A DNA stretch of 63,595 nucleotides, the filler included, from Choristocarpus tenellus KU-1152 (lineage: Eukaryota > Protista > Phaeophyceae): NCBI GenBank assembly GCA_964200185.2. It is 12 parts of 12 records of this genome, joined end to end, with 100 filler letters (N's around TTAATTAATTAA, not from the genome) between each part and the next. Parts side by side here need not be neighbours in the genome. Positions count along the whole stretch, not along the records: positions 1 to 8,316 come from CAXNAD020004864.1; positions 8,417 to 13,545 come from CAXNAD020011782.1; 10 more parts are not named here. The stretch is one strand, 5' to 3'. The notes beneath the pieces were generated by a model. The model saw only the letters and a program-made list of their open reading frames with translations, had not been told where the DNA came from and made no database searches. Below are positions 1 to 13,645 of the stretch, piece after piece (position 1 is the stretch's first letter; every line of letters starts with the position of its first letter). The position numbers were made by a program, and so were the translations under genes.

Positions 1-160
1 GGGGGTCTACACCAGGGTGTCCATTTGAACCATAGCCAGGAAAAGTGCACTTACATTATCCATCCAACGTATGCAACCAAATCACGCAAAAATTGCAGCA
101 TGAAAAAATTGCCCCCAAATGGACAGCTACCACCCCCCCCCCCCAGATATACTTTGAGCC
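1..160 (+). mobile_element. MITE family M2 copy (poly-G/poly-C subterminal tracts), 5' end cut by window start
   Basis: Internal sequence (gtctacaccagggtgtccatttgaa...aaaaattgcccccaaatggaca) is colinear with the copy at 62492-62672. Ends in C-tract + agata(ta)ctttgagcc, the TIR core shared with family M1. Confidence 0.75.
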
Positions 161-1649
161 ACTGTAGGTGACAGGTGACATGATTCAACTTCCACCGCAT
201 ACAGTTGTTTTATTGACAGATCCACATAGTCTAGTTTCCTCGCATTTGACAACAGTACTACTAATACTAATAAAACTACTAGTAGTGTATGCCAATGGAC
301 CAATGAGATGCTTACATTTTCTGTGTACGCTTTTACAAATCTGTATCAGGTGGAATCCCAGTTCCTGACTGCCCTGGGCGAACAGGACAACCCCTACACC
401 ATCATCACTGACTGGGTGGGTAGATTGGGAGGAGAAAATTTACATCATCAGTTCTGAACTTTTTATTGGAGTGATTCCTTCCCTTTCCCCCCTCAATACT
501 TGTTATTGTTACTGTGATTAATGTAATTTACTTGATAGTACATTGTGTTATGAATCTTAGATTCCATCGAACCACTACAATTGAATTAAACGATGAACTG
601 AATTATAAAAGTTGAGGGTTATTTATTCCCAAGGGTACTTATTATGGCAATTTTCTATTTCTTTTTTTTCCTTTTTTTGTGTGAATTCAACCTAATTACC
701 CTGGTTGTGGGGCTGAGTTTATGTACCTCAGTTATCATCCTGCGTGTAAGTTTTTATCATAATATCATAATCTAAAGGAGTGAGTACACAGAGGTTTTTT
801 TAACCTATTTTTCTTTTTTTATGTATGGTTCCGATTCACTCTACACTGGCAGTAGAGTTAGTCTATCTAGTTATCAATTTCAGTACTTTGTTGTGTGCTT
901 GGAGTACCTTAGCGTCTTCTGTACAGAGGTTTATGCTTTCATTCATGTGGTGGGTCTCTTGTATGTGTGTGTGCATTGGACGTGAAGATGGGGTTGAATG
1001 CTCTTTTGAAGGCGGTTTTGTTTCCAGTCAAAGATGTATGCCTCGCAACAGTCATGGCAAGAATATGTGCAATCTACAACCTGAAGGGCTACTTGCTTTT
1101 GGTTCTTAAATGTGAAGAAAATCTTCCCCATCTGGATCGTTGTTAGTATCACTAATATTCATAGAAGGAGCAGTGTTACTTGGTATTACACACTATGAAA
1201 GAGTGATACATTCACTAGACTGTCCCAAGTTTTAACCTTCATGGACAAGTTTGGTTTTGCTTTTTTGAAATGTAAGTTGTTGCTCCTGAAATTTAAGTGC
1301 ACTTTTGTAGTACTCTGTTCGTTCAAAGCAGATGAATAATGGCTCCACTGTATTCTTGCATTCTATTCTTATGAGATTAGGGTTGGGTTAATATGCTGAC
1401 TTTATGGTTTCCTCATTATTCTGATTGTATTTTTATTATTTCCGACAGAAGCACTAGTCAAGATAGTCAAGATTTTTTTATCTCCCTTTCTAGGGACTTT
1501 TCAAAATTTCATTTTTTGCTACATTTTGTTCAACTGGTGAGCAGCTCTAGTTGCAATTATCTTGTTCTGTATGTCTTTGTTTACGTGTGATCATGTAATG
1601 GGGTGAAAGTCTATGACTTCAGGTTCAAGTTGGTGTTTCTTTTTTTTCC

Positions 1650-2560
1650 ACCTGACGCCTACCTCCAAGTATACATCTGCTGGCGTCCGCACAAATGTCA
1701 AGGGGCCTTTTTGAAAGTCCATCTACATCTCGGATTTTTGTAGATCGCTCAAGGGCAGTACAGAATGCCATACTTGGTGGTCAGGGAGAATGAGGGTAGA
1801 CAAAACAACTTTGACAGAGTTGACTGAGCTTTTTTCCTGACTCCAAGCCAGTGTTGAGTTATCGACATGTCAAGGAAGGGGATTGGCCCCACAATGGCAA
1901 ATGACAAAGGCAAGAGGTTGAGAGGGTCGGCATCAGAGCCACTGGCAGATGTGGGGAAGCAGCAAAATAAGAAGGGAAGAACCAAAGAACAATCAAGAAC
2001 AGGCAAGGGCATGGATGGCTGCAGCAAGGGAAGAAGAAGGGGTTTCGTTGGAAATATATGTCCCTCAACTAGATTTTGAGACTGGTAGAACAGAATTGTG
2101 GCAGCAGGCTAGAACAAGGTGATTATCCTGCATCGATGGATGATGAGATGTTTGTGCAGTGGATGGTGAAACGCCTTGCTCTTGCATTCATGTTGATGGT
2201 TCTTTGTCTCAACAATGCATTGTACCGCCATGACTTTGATAAGGAGGTCAATTGTGTTGAGTCAGAGTTCAAGGGGTACAACACAGACCTTTTACACGTG
2301 TACAATGTAGAAACAATAAAAATAAACAATTAAAGCTGGGTGCAGAGGGAGAGACCACAGCTTTGAAGTGCCAACTTTGGAGAACTTTCTGAGAAGTAAT
2401 TCTTTTCATGGGAACGGTCTGAGAAAGGAGGAGGTTACCACTGCATAGAGATCTTTTTTCCAGAGTCACTACCCAGTCAAGGTTCTATAGTGGGCAAAGG
2501 CATTCATGAGGAAGAAGGGCTAGGAGACTGTGGCAAGCTGGTTGTCCATGCCCAGAGGGA
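1650..2560 (+). pseudogene. Degenerate IS630/Tc1/mariner-type DDE transposase remnant
   Basis: ORF 2076-2333 reads GDYPASMDDEMFVQWMVKRLALAFMLMVLCLNNALYRH, matching the DYHxxMDxxxFxxW...VLDNAxYH motif around the second catalytic Asp. Flanking frames are broken by stops and frameshifts. Boundaries approximate. Confidence 0.6.
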
Positions 2561-3001
2561 GATGATAAAATACATGAAGATGGAGGACAAGAGGGACAAA
2601 TGTTCACCCTCATGAACGTGAGCTGAGAGATACCATAGAGCACAACAGAGTTAGCAAGACTAACGGATGCTGTAGAGGGGGGAGTAGATGAGATTTTCAG
2701 GAGGATTATGAGGTGGACCTCATTGTGGAAGATGGCAAACAATGACCACATTGAAGCTGATGAATCTGAGCCTGCAATTTAATAATATTAATAATGAATA
2801 TCAGCTGACAACCTAGAAACACTTGGAGTAATCAAAGCACACTCAGAGTGATCAAAGCATTTTTTATCTTAAAATGTTCCGCGCTACCAGCCAACACCAT
2901 TTGAGCCACCAAAAACATATCCTATGAGTCCTGTGTATTTCATCATTCCAATGACATAGGTATCACATCATGAGCAGGTTAGACAATCATGTAAATTTGA
3001 A

Positions 3002-3037
<36 letters not shown>

Positions 3038-4519
3038 GCTGTGCAGATAATGTACCTTACTGCACACTCTATTGTGAATTGAAGGTGTTACTACAGCTCA
3101 GTCTATGTGTCAGGGTGTCAGCTTTCAATTCACAAATATATGTCATGGGATAAATAGATGAATAAATAGACTTGTAGCAGAATTTGCATCGGTCTGAATG
3201 CCTCCAGTCTACTGGGTGGGGCTGAAGTATTCTCTCCAAGTGTGGCCTAAAACAGATTGTATCTTGGTTTCCATGTGGAGTTAGGACACCAAACCAACTG
3301 CATTAGATCTGACTTGTCCACACAATTCCAACCATATTTCGTTTGTTGTCTGACTCGAAGTATTACAGCAGGTGTGTCAGAAATCTTGAATACCACTTAC
3401 TTCCATAACATTATATTTGTATAACATTGTGTTATTATCTTGTAACACTGTGTTATGCAACTAGATGTGATTGACCATCCAGACATTTTAATAAAGAATC
3501 CTGGACCAGATTTACAAATGGACTTGCTATTGTAACGGTTTGTCCAACAGAATATCTTTCCAAATGTAATATATATATACATCTAGATACATATACTAAT
3601 AGTATTATCAAGTGGTGGGGGGGAGGGGGGAGNNNNNNNNNGAGGGGGCAGGACTGCTGATGTCTGCATACACATGTGTCCAAGGGGTTAGGGCTATCAA
3701 CAAGAGAGTTACATAGGTATCTATGAAGTGATCTTTTGCCTGTCATTTTCTTCTGTCTTTTGATATCTACTCTGAAGGTGTTCAGTAGGGATGCCTGAAG
3801 TAACAGCACGAGCTATCTTGCAGCAGAGTTTTGATTGGTTGAACTTGCACAGTCCAACCAATGAAATATCGTCAGGGGTGGTACATGATATTGATTGGCC
3901 TGCAACAAGCATTATTGCGTCTTGGTATACTTGAAATCATTGCCCCTTTTGACAAGTATACTAGGCTGAAGGAGGCTTTTGAATGTGGTATACTATTCTG
4001 TAGACCAAGTGTGGAAGTACTTGTGTGCCTCTAAATCATATAATTTTTTTGCTTCCACAATGGCAGTGTTTAAACAGCTATATTTTAGAACGATTACTAA
4101 TATTCTTTAAAAGTCGGGTTTTTTCCAGTTTTTTCCTTTGTGGTGCTTCCAATCAATTTTACAGAGATCGTGATGAACATATATCTTCCCCGCTAAACCC
4201 CTGTGTAGGATGTATGTCACAATAGCCACATATGGTCAGGATACTTTGTTGGAGTTTCGACCCGTTACACCCTCAGCTTTGACAATTGTATTGTGCACTG
4301 CTTCCAAGGGCATACAACCCTCTCGCACATCTGTGTGATTTGCATGGTCACCAGCGTTTAACAAACTTTGTGCAGGAGGTATGCTGCTTTGAACACATTG
4401 ACTAGTCATGCTGGGGCTCAATACCCTCTACAGATTTATTTATTTTTGAGAACTTTTATAGTCATAGAAAAAGATAAATCGAAAATGTTATGTAGCCTCT
4501 ATCCACCCCTCGGGTCCCA

Positions 4520-4937
4520 GGTTGTTCTCATTACATTAAGACTGTGGGTCCTCAAGCCTGTGCTGTGTATGGACTAGCGTGAGGATAGTATCAATAATCT
4601 CATTGCATTCGGGCTGTGGGTTGTTCTCATTACATTAAGACTGTGGGTCCCCAAGCCTGTGCTGTGTATGGACTAGCGTGAGGAGAGTATCAATAATCTC
4701 ATTGCATTAGGGCTGTGGGTTGTTCTCATTACATTAAGACTGTAGGTTGTTCTCATTACATTAAGACTGTGGGTCCTCAAGCCTGTGCTGTGTATGGACT
4801 AGCATGAGGATAGTATCAATAATCTCATTGCATTAGGGCTGTGGGACCTCAAGCCTGTGCTGTGTATGGACTAATGTGAAGATAATATTAATATCCTCAT
4901 TACATTAAGACTGTGAGGTCCTCAAGCCTGTGCTGTT
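4520..4937. repeat. Composite minisatellite built from 27-bp (A) and 72-bp (B) modules
   Basis: A=ggttgttctcattacattaagactgtg; B=ggtcctcaagcctgtgctgtgtatggactagcgtgaggatagtatcaataatctcattgcattagggctgtg; order approximately A-B-A-B-A-A-B-B-B'. Confidence 0.9.
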
Positions 4938-5501
4938 TATGTGAGGACAATGATAATACCCATATTAACATTACCAATTGTGTGGTTGATCAAAGCAGTA
5001 CAGATGTCAGATGTCACGTGTAAGTGCCCATATTGCAATACCTACTTACCCCTCTCTGTCCCAATCGCTTTGAACATGTGTGTGTTGCTGCTTCCACAAA
5101 CTTAGGTGCGCAACAATTTTGGTGAGGAGGCGTTGTCAAGGCTGGAGCCTTTCCTTCTGTCAGTTACAGGGGATGAAGGGAGCACTTTTGCTGGGTGAGA
5201 GTTTTGTTCCTCATCTCACCAGTCTCAGTCAATGCAGAGCACTCACTGCTTATCCTCTTTTTGTCCATTTTGGTTCTTGACGCAAGAGTGCTCCAACCCC
5301 ATCTCTTTTGGCAAGGTCCACTGCCTGCACAAGTTGAAGATCTTTTTTTTGTTGTTGGACACACCATTCTCATTCTCATTCTCACTGATTTGGCTACATA
5401 AATACAAACAGTACCTACTTACAGGTAGAAGAATATCTTCAAGTTTTGAATGAAATAGTAAGCATCATCCCATCTCCAATGCTCAATGCTCAATGAGTAA
5501 G

Positions 5502-5682
5502 ATATACTGTCAACTACCGAGACCTGATTGCTTCAAAGCTGAAGCACTCAAAGGCCCCCTGGTCGCCTGAGAGGTATGCCAAGTTCTCGAAGCTGTTGCA
5601 GTTTTGTTTGAGTCGGTACCTGAGAGGGGGACTGGAAGTATGCAGCAGGGTGGTGAGGGGACTGACCAAGGTGCTGTACAAG
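5502..5682 (+). CDS. Probable internal exon of AI-2E (PerM/UPF0118) family transporter
   Basis: Open frame ...YRDLIASKLKHSKAPWSPERYAKFSKLLQFCLSRYLRGGLEVCSRVVRGLTKVLYK ends at a strong donor AAG|GTGAGT and joins in phase 0 to the exon at 7623. The acceptor position is uncertain. Confidence 0.5.
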
Positions 5683-7622
5683 GTGAGTGAGGAGGAGGGA
5701 GTGGCAGCAAGGTTTTTGCTGTTATCAATCATAGTAAGAATAAAAGTATTGATTGGTGTCAAGGAGGTCATATGATTTAGTCATTCAGTTGACTGAATGT
5801 GACGCACACAGGATCTTTCAATAGTGGCATTAAAGAGATGTGTTTTTCAAGTAGATTCCCCACACACGGATGGCATTACTTATCTCTTGTACATTGCTCA
5901 TGTATTGCTGTTATCCCTTCCATTCAATAGAAGGAATGGGGGAAGAGGCACGCAATAGGATGCTTATCCTCAAAATTACATTATTTTTTCTTACCGTTAG
6001 TAAATAATATAAATATATATTTGAAAACTGATTCTGTTCATTTATCTCAGTTGGGAAGACCAGGAAAGTACCCCAGAGTTAGTATGATTCATTTTGTCAA
6101 TGCCCCAAAAAAATTGTTGGACAAATCAGATTCCCACCAAGATGTTTAGGGGTCAGCGGATTAGTATGATGGTATAAGACATGTTGTTGATGTACTGATG
6201 TACCACTGAAGGTGTAAGGTTAGTTCATCATACCGAGATTTGTTTCATTTTATCTCATTCCATAATGCTGACCTCACTTCCTTGGGCAAGACAAGAAAAA
6301 TCAGAATAATATCTGATTGGTTGATTCTACTATTTACGCACTTGAAGGAGTATTCTCATCTCTCTGTGTGTGTGTTTATGAAAAATCAAATTCAATTTGC
6401 AAGAAGACCTTATCCTTTTTTTAATTGAAATCTCATTTCATGTTCCCATTCCCTGGAATCTCCTCCCTGTACAAGACTATCCCCAAATTTCATTGGCACT
6501 GTCATCTCTTTGAAACCTCTCCAAGTACTTGAGCTCAGAGAGGAAAGGGAGGGGTGCGGTGGTCAAACGATACCTTGTGTACTGTGCAATACTCCCATGT
6601 TTATTTGTTCAAGAAGGTACTGAGCGTTTTTGGGAAATGGAAAGGCTGTTTCGCTTGGGAGAGAGGTTGATGTTGAGATCCGGTATATGCTAACCCAAGT
6701 CAGTGAGTGCCTTCGCACACTACACCTTTATTCGATATATAGATAGAGCCAGCCCATAGTCCCTTTTTATTTTGTTCTTGAGCCTTCTTTTCTAACCTTG
6801 ATCCTCCTTATACATTTAGTCAAACATGGGTGCAATAAGTCCAATTCATTCAAAGATCTGTTTTTGTAACATTCACCACACTCACTTGGGTTAGGATGTA
6901 CTTACTGTCTATCATAAATAGGCTGCAGCACAGAAGGATGTGGATGCTGTTGGTTGGTCAGTGGTTGAGCATATCGCGTGCTTATGATTGGTAGAAGGAT
7001 GTTGTCCTTACAAAGGGGCGTAGGAGAGTATCATCATTATTATTATTATTATTATTGTTACTATTTTCTACTACTGTACAGTATCATCATCATTATTGTT
7101 GTTACTATTTTCTACTACTGTACAGTATCACTGAGACTGCAGTTGATTGTATTGTGGTTTGGGCTCCTTAGTTTCCATCTTGTACATATCCTTTCAGTTC
7201 CCCCAAGCATTCAACTGCTTTTGTTGCTCACGAGTTGCTAGGATACGTGCTTGTATTCATCACAAATATTTGGTTGATTTTGGAACAAGGGAAAGGCTGA
7301 GCTCTAAGTGGACAAATTTGCAATGCATTGTGCTGGTAGGTTGGGATTTTTGTGTGTTTTGGGAAGAAGTGTCCCTTATTGGTTGATGTATAATTGGTGA
7401 AATGCAGGCCCCAAGGATCATTTCCTACTATTGATGTGTGTTGAAGTGTGTGCTGAGTACATTGCCATGATGCGTAATTTTGAAGAACTTTCATGTTTAC
7501 AGTGGCTATGACTCACAGCTATGACTTGATTTTTTTTGGTGTTGATGCTGGTTTTTGATCGTAGTGCAATGTTCATTCATCTCTTTCATTCATCTCTTTC
7601 TTTCATCTCTTTCCTTCCATAG

Positions 7623-7742
7623 GCGGTGGTCTCCCTTTTGTTTAGCTTCATGGTCATATGGGACCTGCCAAACCTTGCACGTGGTCTGAGGGCGCTCAAG
7701 AACAGCAGGTTGGGCTATGCTTATAGAGTAGTATCACCACAG
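7623..7742 (+). CDS. Internal exon of AI-2E (PerM/UPF0118) family transporter
   Basis: Polypyrimidine tract + CATAG| acceptor and CAG|GTATGC donor. 120 nt encode AVVSLLFSFMVIWDLPNLARGLRALKNSRLGYAYRVVSPQ, resembling the SLLFSFxIxWDLP...LxxSRL segment of algal AI-2E proteins. Confidence 0.6.
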
Positions 7743-8316
7743 GTATGCGTAATTATATTATTGTCAAAGGTGTAAAAGTCTCTTGCAGTCTTGCCATTGG
7801 CCTATTTTCTGAGAGAATAGGATTCAAGGTCACACTTCTTGGGGGTACCATGTTTTTGTTTATTTGTTTGATGTATTCTGCACCACTAGTGACCTCTTTA
7901 TTTTCAAGACAGGTAGGTCGTGGTGTACAATGCCCTTTCTCTTTTTTATCTTTTTATGTGTGTGTGTGTGTGTCTATTTTGTGACTCTCAAAACTCTTAA
8001 GGGCATTATTTTTATGTGTCCAACCTTGTCACGGCTTCTCTTTTCCCATCTCTTTTCCCATCTCTGTGCATTTCTCTCTCATCTCTTCTTGTACAACGCG
8101 TTTGATCACAGAGACCTCTCCATCAATTATGGAAGTGGATAGTAGGTACTAATGGATGAGTATGTGGAGCTCTATGTGTGAGTCTGAGATTTTTGTTTGT
8201 GTTATTATCATTATTATATTTCAGAATGTTAAATGGTTGTCATAGGGAATTCAGTCATTGTCCCCCAGTCATTTAAAGTTCAATGGGTATTTGGATGGTC
8301 GCCCCCCCCCTCCCCC

Positions 8317-8416
8317 NNNNNNNNNNNNNNNNNNNNNNNNNNNNNNNNNNNNNNNNNNNNTTAATTAATTAANNNNNNNNNNNNNNNNNNNNNNNNNNNN
8401 NNNNNNNNNNNNNNNN
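8317..8416. other. Artificial contig linker (N44-TTAATTAATTAA-N44); also at 13546, 24127, 28685, 33537, 36930, 40071, 46562, 51169, 54319, 60315
   Basis: Identical 100-bp spacer with stops in all six frames occurs 11 times. Confidence 0.98.
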
Positions 8417-10981
8417 ACCAAAAAAGTGAAAATATAAAAAAGGGTGAAAAACGGACGCCGGCACCCCCCCCCAGCTACTTTGACCCGTTAGTGGGTTGGG
8501 TTGACGACTGTCCATGTGGGTGAGGGGTAGGTCATGTCACGGATTTCGATCGTACTTAGTTACAGGGGCAGCATCAACAATGGGCAGGTCATCATCGCTG
8601 TCCGTCAAGTCCGCATCACTCCCCTTCACGTCCGATGGTGTATTGATGACTCCTACCTCCCCACTGCTACGTACAGGAGAGAAGATGGGTGACAGGCGTT
8701 CCTTTCCCCTTGCAAGTGGGGATGTATTTTTCAGAACCTGAGCTCTGTAAAGATCCGGAACCCTTAACCCTCCCAACACCCCCGTAAGGCTTTTGCCTCT
8801 TACAAGGAGGAGGTCGACAGTATACGTCGACCTCATCAACACCACCTTCTACGCTTCCAGATCCGTCATTGCAGTCATCATCCAGGACTAAACTCCACGC
8901 TACGAGATCCTGTTGGTGGTTCGGGCACTTCTTCCTCATCCGAATCTGCAAGGCATTGCGCCATCTAGGGGTCACGGTTCCCCTCCACCTAGAGCAACCG
9001 ACTACTACCCCCTCTGCATGTACAGGCAGGGAGGACAAGCCAGAGTTAAACGAACCCTTCAACTTGACCCATACGTCGTCCGTGCCATGCACCCCACAAA
9101 TGGTGTTGTCTGGCGCCATAACAATGCAGGTGGCACGCCTCGAACCTGGAGAAGTGTGGTGAATGGATATCAGGAGGAGAGATGGTCACGTGTCTGGTGT
9201 GTATTTGTTGTATGGGTTATGGGAACTCAAAAAAGCAGAAATGGATTTTATAACACGTACAATGGACCTTAAACCGAATACATTTGGGATTCTTGAACAG
9301 AAGTGTGCAACATTCACAAACGACGCCAGTGTGTACGAGTTGCGTTCTTCCCCTCCGCTATCATACCATTGTCATGAGCGGTGCGGAATATCTTCGGCAA
9401 TTGACCTCTTAATGTTATTTACCATTTCATACGGAAAATGGGGTTGCGTGTCAATACACCATGGCACTTATGACTATAACTAATCAAAGGACTAACGATT
9501 CTTGTTCATTAGCAAAGAGACAAAGAACTCATTGCTCCCCTAGCGCTGATCCCTTCATCATGTCATGAAACTTTTATTTACACTTGCTTGCCTTCGCCTC
9601 TCAAGCCGTTTGGGAGGGCAACACTCTTGGAGCCTTGGACGATTTTGAGGAAGACATCACTTTTCTCCACATTCTTGAACAGTAACCTCCTTCCCACCTT
9701 TAATGCATAGGGGTAGGGTGGAGGTTTCAAGTAAAAATGGGTTTGTTTTCCTTCAGACGTAATTGGAGTAAGTACCAGTCTAAATACAAGTACAATTAAA
9801 CGTGGATGTTTTCTGTGTCTGGATTTGGTTAAGGATGCCAACACGCAAGAACGTCGAGAGGGTAAGTCGCCAACACTTTAAAAATTACCTTCTCTGATAG
9901 GACTTACGGTTCTTTTGCAACCTCTTTAGTAGAGGGGGGGTTGCAATTTCTGTTACAGGCGAATAGCTCGAGCGTTTCTTCTTGTATTCCAACGAAGTGT
10001 GAGCATTTGTTACGCGCGAATAGCACGAGCATTTTCTCCTCATGTTTTAGGAAATACGAACATTTGTGACAGACGTATAGTGTGTGGATTGTTTCTTGAG
10101 TTCTGACAGGTACAAACTATATACGATATTAGTAACACTTAGGTTAACCTTACAGAATAAGTGATTATTTCGTAGAAGATGCAGAGTAAGATTCGGAATA
10201 CCAATACGTAACATTACAGAAAAAAATGTCAAAGTCACTGAGAAGTTGAAGAATAAAGGTTTATGATTGGAGTACCTATAGAGCAGTTAGTTGATAGAAG
10301 ACCAAAGAAATTGGGTGGATGATGAAAATAATAAGAGGGCTTCTAGTGGAAACACTTTTACCCCCCTTATGCACCAGTCTTACTTTTTTGAACGAAACAT
10401 TGAGTCAAGCTTTGAGCTAAGCACTGAGTGGAGTATCAAGAGAAGACTATCTGACACCCTACAAACCGTTGTAAATGGCAACACCCCATAGCTTCGTTTT
10501 AAGGTCGTTGGATTTGAGTTGTACATCTTGTGGACGTGAATTCTGAGAGGCGCCTGTAAAATGGAGGTCCTACCGCCTCTCTTCAAACTGGAGGGAATAC
10601 TCATTGTTCACCTAGACACTTAGGATTATTTGTAGCTTCCTACGCCCGCCTGAATTATTTTCTTTTCCCCCTTGGGCTTGTGGTCTTCATCCGTTGTCTG
10701 CGGGATTCCCTTCTTAGGTTCGTCGTCTTCATGGGTCTGAGGGCTTCTGTGGCTCTGAGGGAATCGCCCTTCTCTAGCCGTAAAACGAGTGGCCTCTGAT
10801 CGCCAAATCACTCGCCTATAGTCAAAATGAGTGGTCTTTGATCACCATGGTCGAGACGTTGCCTAGGTAGTCAATTGTTCTGCGCTCCTTTACTTACACC
10901 TTTCTGTTCTCTTTTGGTCGCCCTCTTGCCCTTTATTACCCAGGTTCACAGACATATCTGACTCACAGTATTCGCGAGAAG

Positions 10982-13545
10982 TTGATGTCGCCTCCGACCT
11001 ACAGACCCTCCAAGGAATCGATGATTCCAAGAGACCCCAGCCCAGTACCTCAACTCAAGGCAATTCTGGTCGAAGCCGTGTCCACACTGCTGAACGTTGA
11101 GGCAGCCACAGAGAGCACGTTCGTTCTCGGTCTTCCACTCGTGGCAGATCCCACTCCAGGTCGAGATCCCGCGACAGGTGCTCTCATCGACACGAACAGA
11201 GGACCAGAGAAGAACGCAGAGGCCGCATCCATTCACCGCGTCGTCACCATCGGACCAGTGATTATTATGCTTCACACAGGTCTGTATCGCCCAAACCATC
11301 TCCAAGGAATAGCCTGAGTACGGTACGTCAGTCCAGAGAGGTTGAGGCAGAGTTGCGAAGGGAAATTCTTGAGTTACATACATGAGCTGAGTCGCATGAG
11401 TCACAACCTGATAGGCAACAGCCAGACCAAGCCTCTCGCAACCTTGACATGTGTTATCATCAAGATTATGTTAAAACCATGGAATGCATTCATAAGAAAC
11501 TCGGAGACCCTGCCCACGGCCCCGTCTTTCTCGGAGTACCTGCAGATAACTCCGCCCCAACCATGTCAAACAACCCCGTTTTTTTCGCTGACACTCTTAC
11601 CAAGGCTTTGGGGAGGGTTCAAGGTGGATCGTGGGCCTTACCCAAAGATCATGTCCATTATCGTAATGCATCACGTCCACGTAGTGATGCCCTTACCCCT
11701 TTCCGCATTGAGCTTCTTGAACAACTACTGTCTGACTCTCTTAGGACCCACAGTGATCTCCTAAGCGACTCATCTACAGTGGAAGTCCCGAGCGTCACCG
11801 GACACCTCCTTCGGGTTCCTCGGGAAGACATGACAGCGACTGAGTGGGTTCGTATCCTGGTGAGAGAATGCACTCTTTCGTATAGTCAGTCGAAGAATGC
11901 CGTAAAGAACGCAATGAGTTCTTGAAGGACCGAGAAAGGGGAATCTTGGAAAGCTGCAGCCAACCGGCTTGTCTTGCATTATCGAGCATACACCGTAGAT
12001 TCGCGGATGCCTCATGTTTGCGAGACAACTTTCTTTTGGAGGTATATAGCTGAAGACCAACTCATTGATCTATGCGAACGAGCTCTTCCTATTCTTCTTC
12101 CCAATGTTCTAGATCAGATTGGAGTACAGTCGATGGCATTTTCATTTCGAAAGGAGATTCAGAGTCAAATTCGCCCGCTGGCAATTTCCCAGAATAATCC
12201 TTTAGGAGGTGAAATGGTACAGCGGGGAATTAAAGCAGAACGGATCTTTGACGATCTAATCAAAGAATTGTCCAATCGTATCGCCAAGTACGCATTTGTC
12301 CTAACTAATCAAAATGCTACAAAATCTGCGCCGTACAGAGATAAGACACCTACTGCTTTAGGTAGCATGGGTGATGCTCGTGCTATGTTTGCAAGCATGT
12401 CCGACCCTTTGTCTGCCCCAGTTGAAACCCCGATATAGGCAGAAAGGAACTAGAACTGCCCCAACATAGCAGGACATCGTTGCCACGAGAGGTGCCAAGC
12501 CAGAGTCCACCACCACACCAAGAGGTGGTCAACAGTGTGCTGGCAGCCCTCGCACCAATGCTCCAACCTGTTTAGTCCCAAAACCCCCTGCCCACTGTCG
12601 GTGCTGCGTTGACAAACCAACCTGCTTCTGCTCCTGGGAAACATGGGACCACGTTCGTTTCTAAGAGCAATGCATGTGCACCCATTCAACCAGCAACACC
12701 CGTCACCCAGTCTGTGCCTCAATCCACGTCTTCTTTTTCCACAGACAGAGCAAGCGATGCAGGTCGACACCATTCGGGGGTAAGGATTTACCTTCACCAT
12801 CTGCTTCCCAAGACGAGGTTGTTGAGTGGCTCAAGGCACATCGGGTTTGCTTCCACCACCCTTTCGGTCGCGACTACTTCAAGTCTATTGGCCGCAGGTG
12901 CAGGTATACCCACGACGACTCCATAGTACCTAAGGGTTACTTCGCATATTATCTTTCCCAAGACAAGCAAAGTACTACCCCAGCGAATGAGTCGCGTACG
13001 ATGGTAGCCTTGACAGACTCCCATTTGCACTACCTTGCCACGGTGCAGGACTTTGCGCTTCCGCCACTATTTGCAAAAGCAACCCGACCGATTCTGAAGC
13101 ATCCGAGTTGCCCTGAAGGTGCACCCCAGGGAACTTAGCCACTGTAGCCATAGGAAGCATGAACCCCACACCCACCTCGACAATATCCACTATGTCAACA
13201 GCCCAACCAACAAGTCAAGTATGACTATTTGCGCTGCTATGGCACCCTCGCTAAGTCCGATCGAGAATGCCTGTACAGATACTCCTTGACACAGGTGCAG
13301 GAGGTGGGAACTACATTTCGCCTGCTTTTTGGCGCAGTACTACTCTCTGAGGAGGTAGCACCGGCCTACCGCACATTAATCAAACAGGTAAAGGTACGTT
13401 GCACGCGGAAAATCCGAAAGGATGCAGTATTCCACTCATACAGGTACTAAGGGTCTTGTATACTGCCAATATTGTTTCCCCCAGAGGATAGAGTCCGCAA
13501 TGTAACATTCAGAGTAGTGGAAGGCGTACCTTATGTTCGATTAGG
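10982..13545 (+). mobile_element. Degenerate Ty3/Gypsy-like LTR retrotransposon gag-protease region, truncated by contig end
   Basis: Same-strand ORF chain 10982-11317, 11449-11925, 11974-12438, 12674-13138 forms one long broken gag-like ORF with a decayed Cys/His finger (CFHHPFGRDYFKSIGRRCRYTH). It is followed by a retropepsin-like segment (FRLLF.GAVLLSEEVA ... GSCILPILFPPEDRVRNVTFRVVEGVPYVRLG at 13451-13545). RT and integrase are not in the window, so the superfamily is inferred. Confidence 0.55.
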
Positions 13546-13645
13546 NNNNNNNNNNNNNNNNNNNNNNNNNNNNNNNNNNNNNNNNNNNNTTAATTAATTA
13601 ANNNNNNNNNNNNNNNNNNNNNNNNNNNNNNNNNNNNNNNNNNNN

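Noticed and set aside
8317-8416. Recurrent TTAATTAATTAA palindrome flanked by Ns (11 copies)
   Set aside because: Artificial six-frame-stop linker between contigs. Adjacency across linkers (e.g. Gypsy next to Copia, or M1 halves at 36929/37030) carries no biological meaning.
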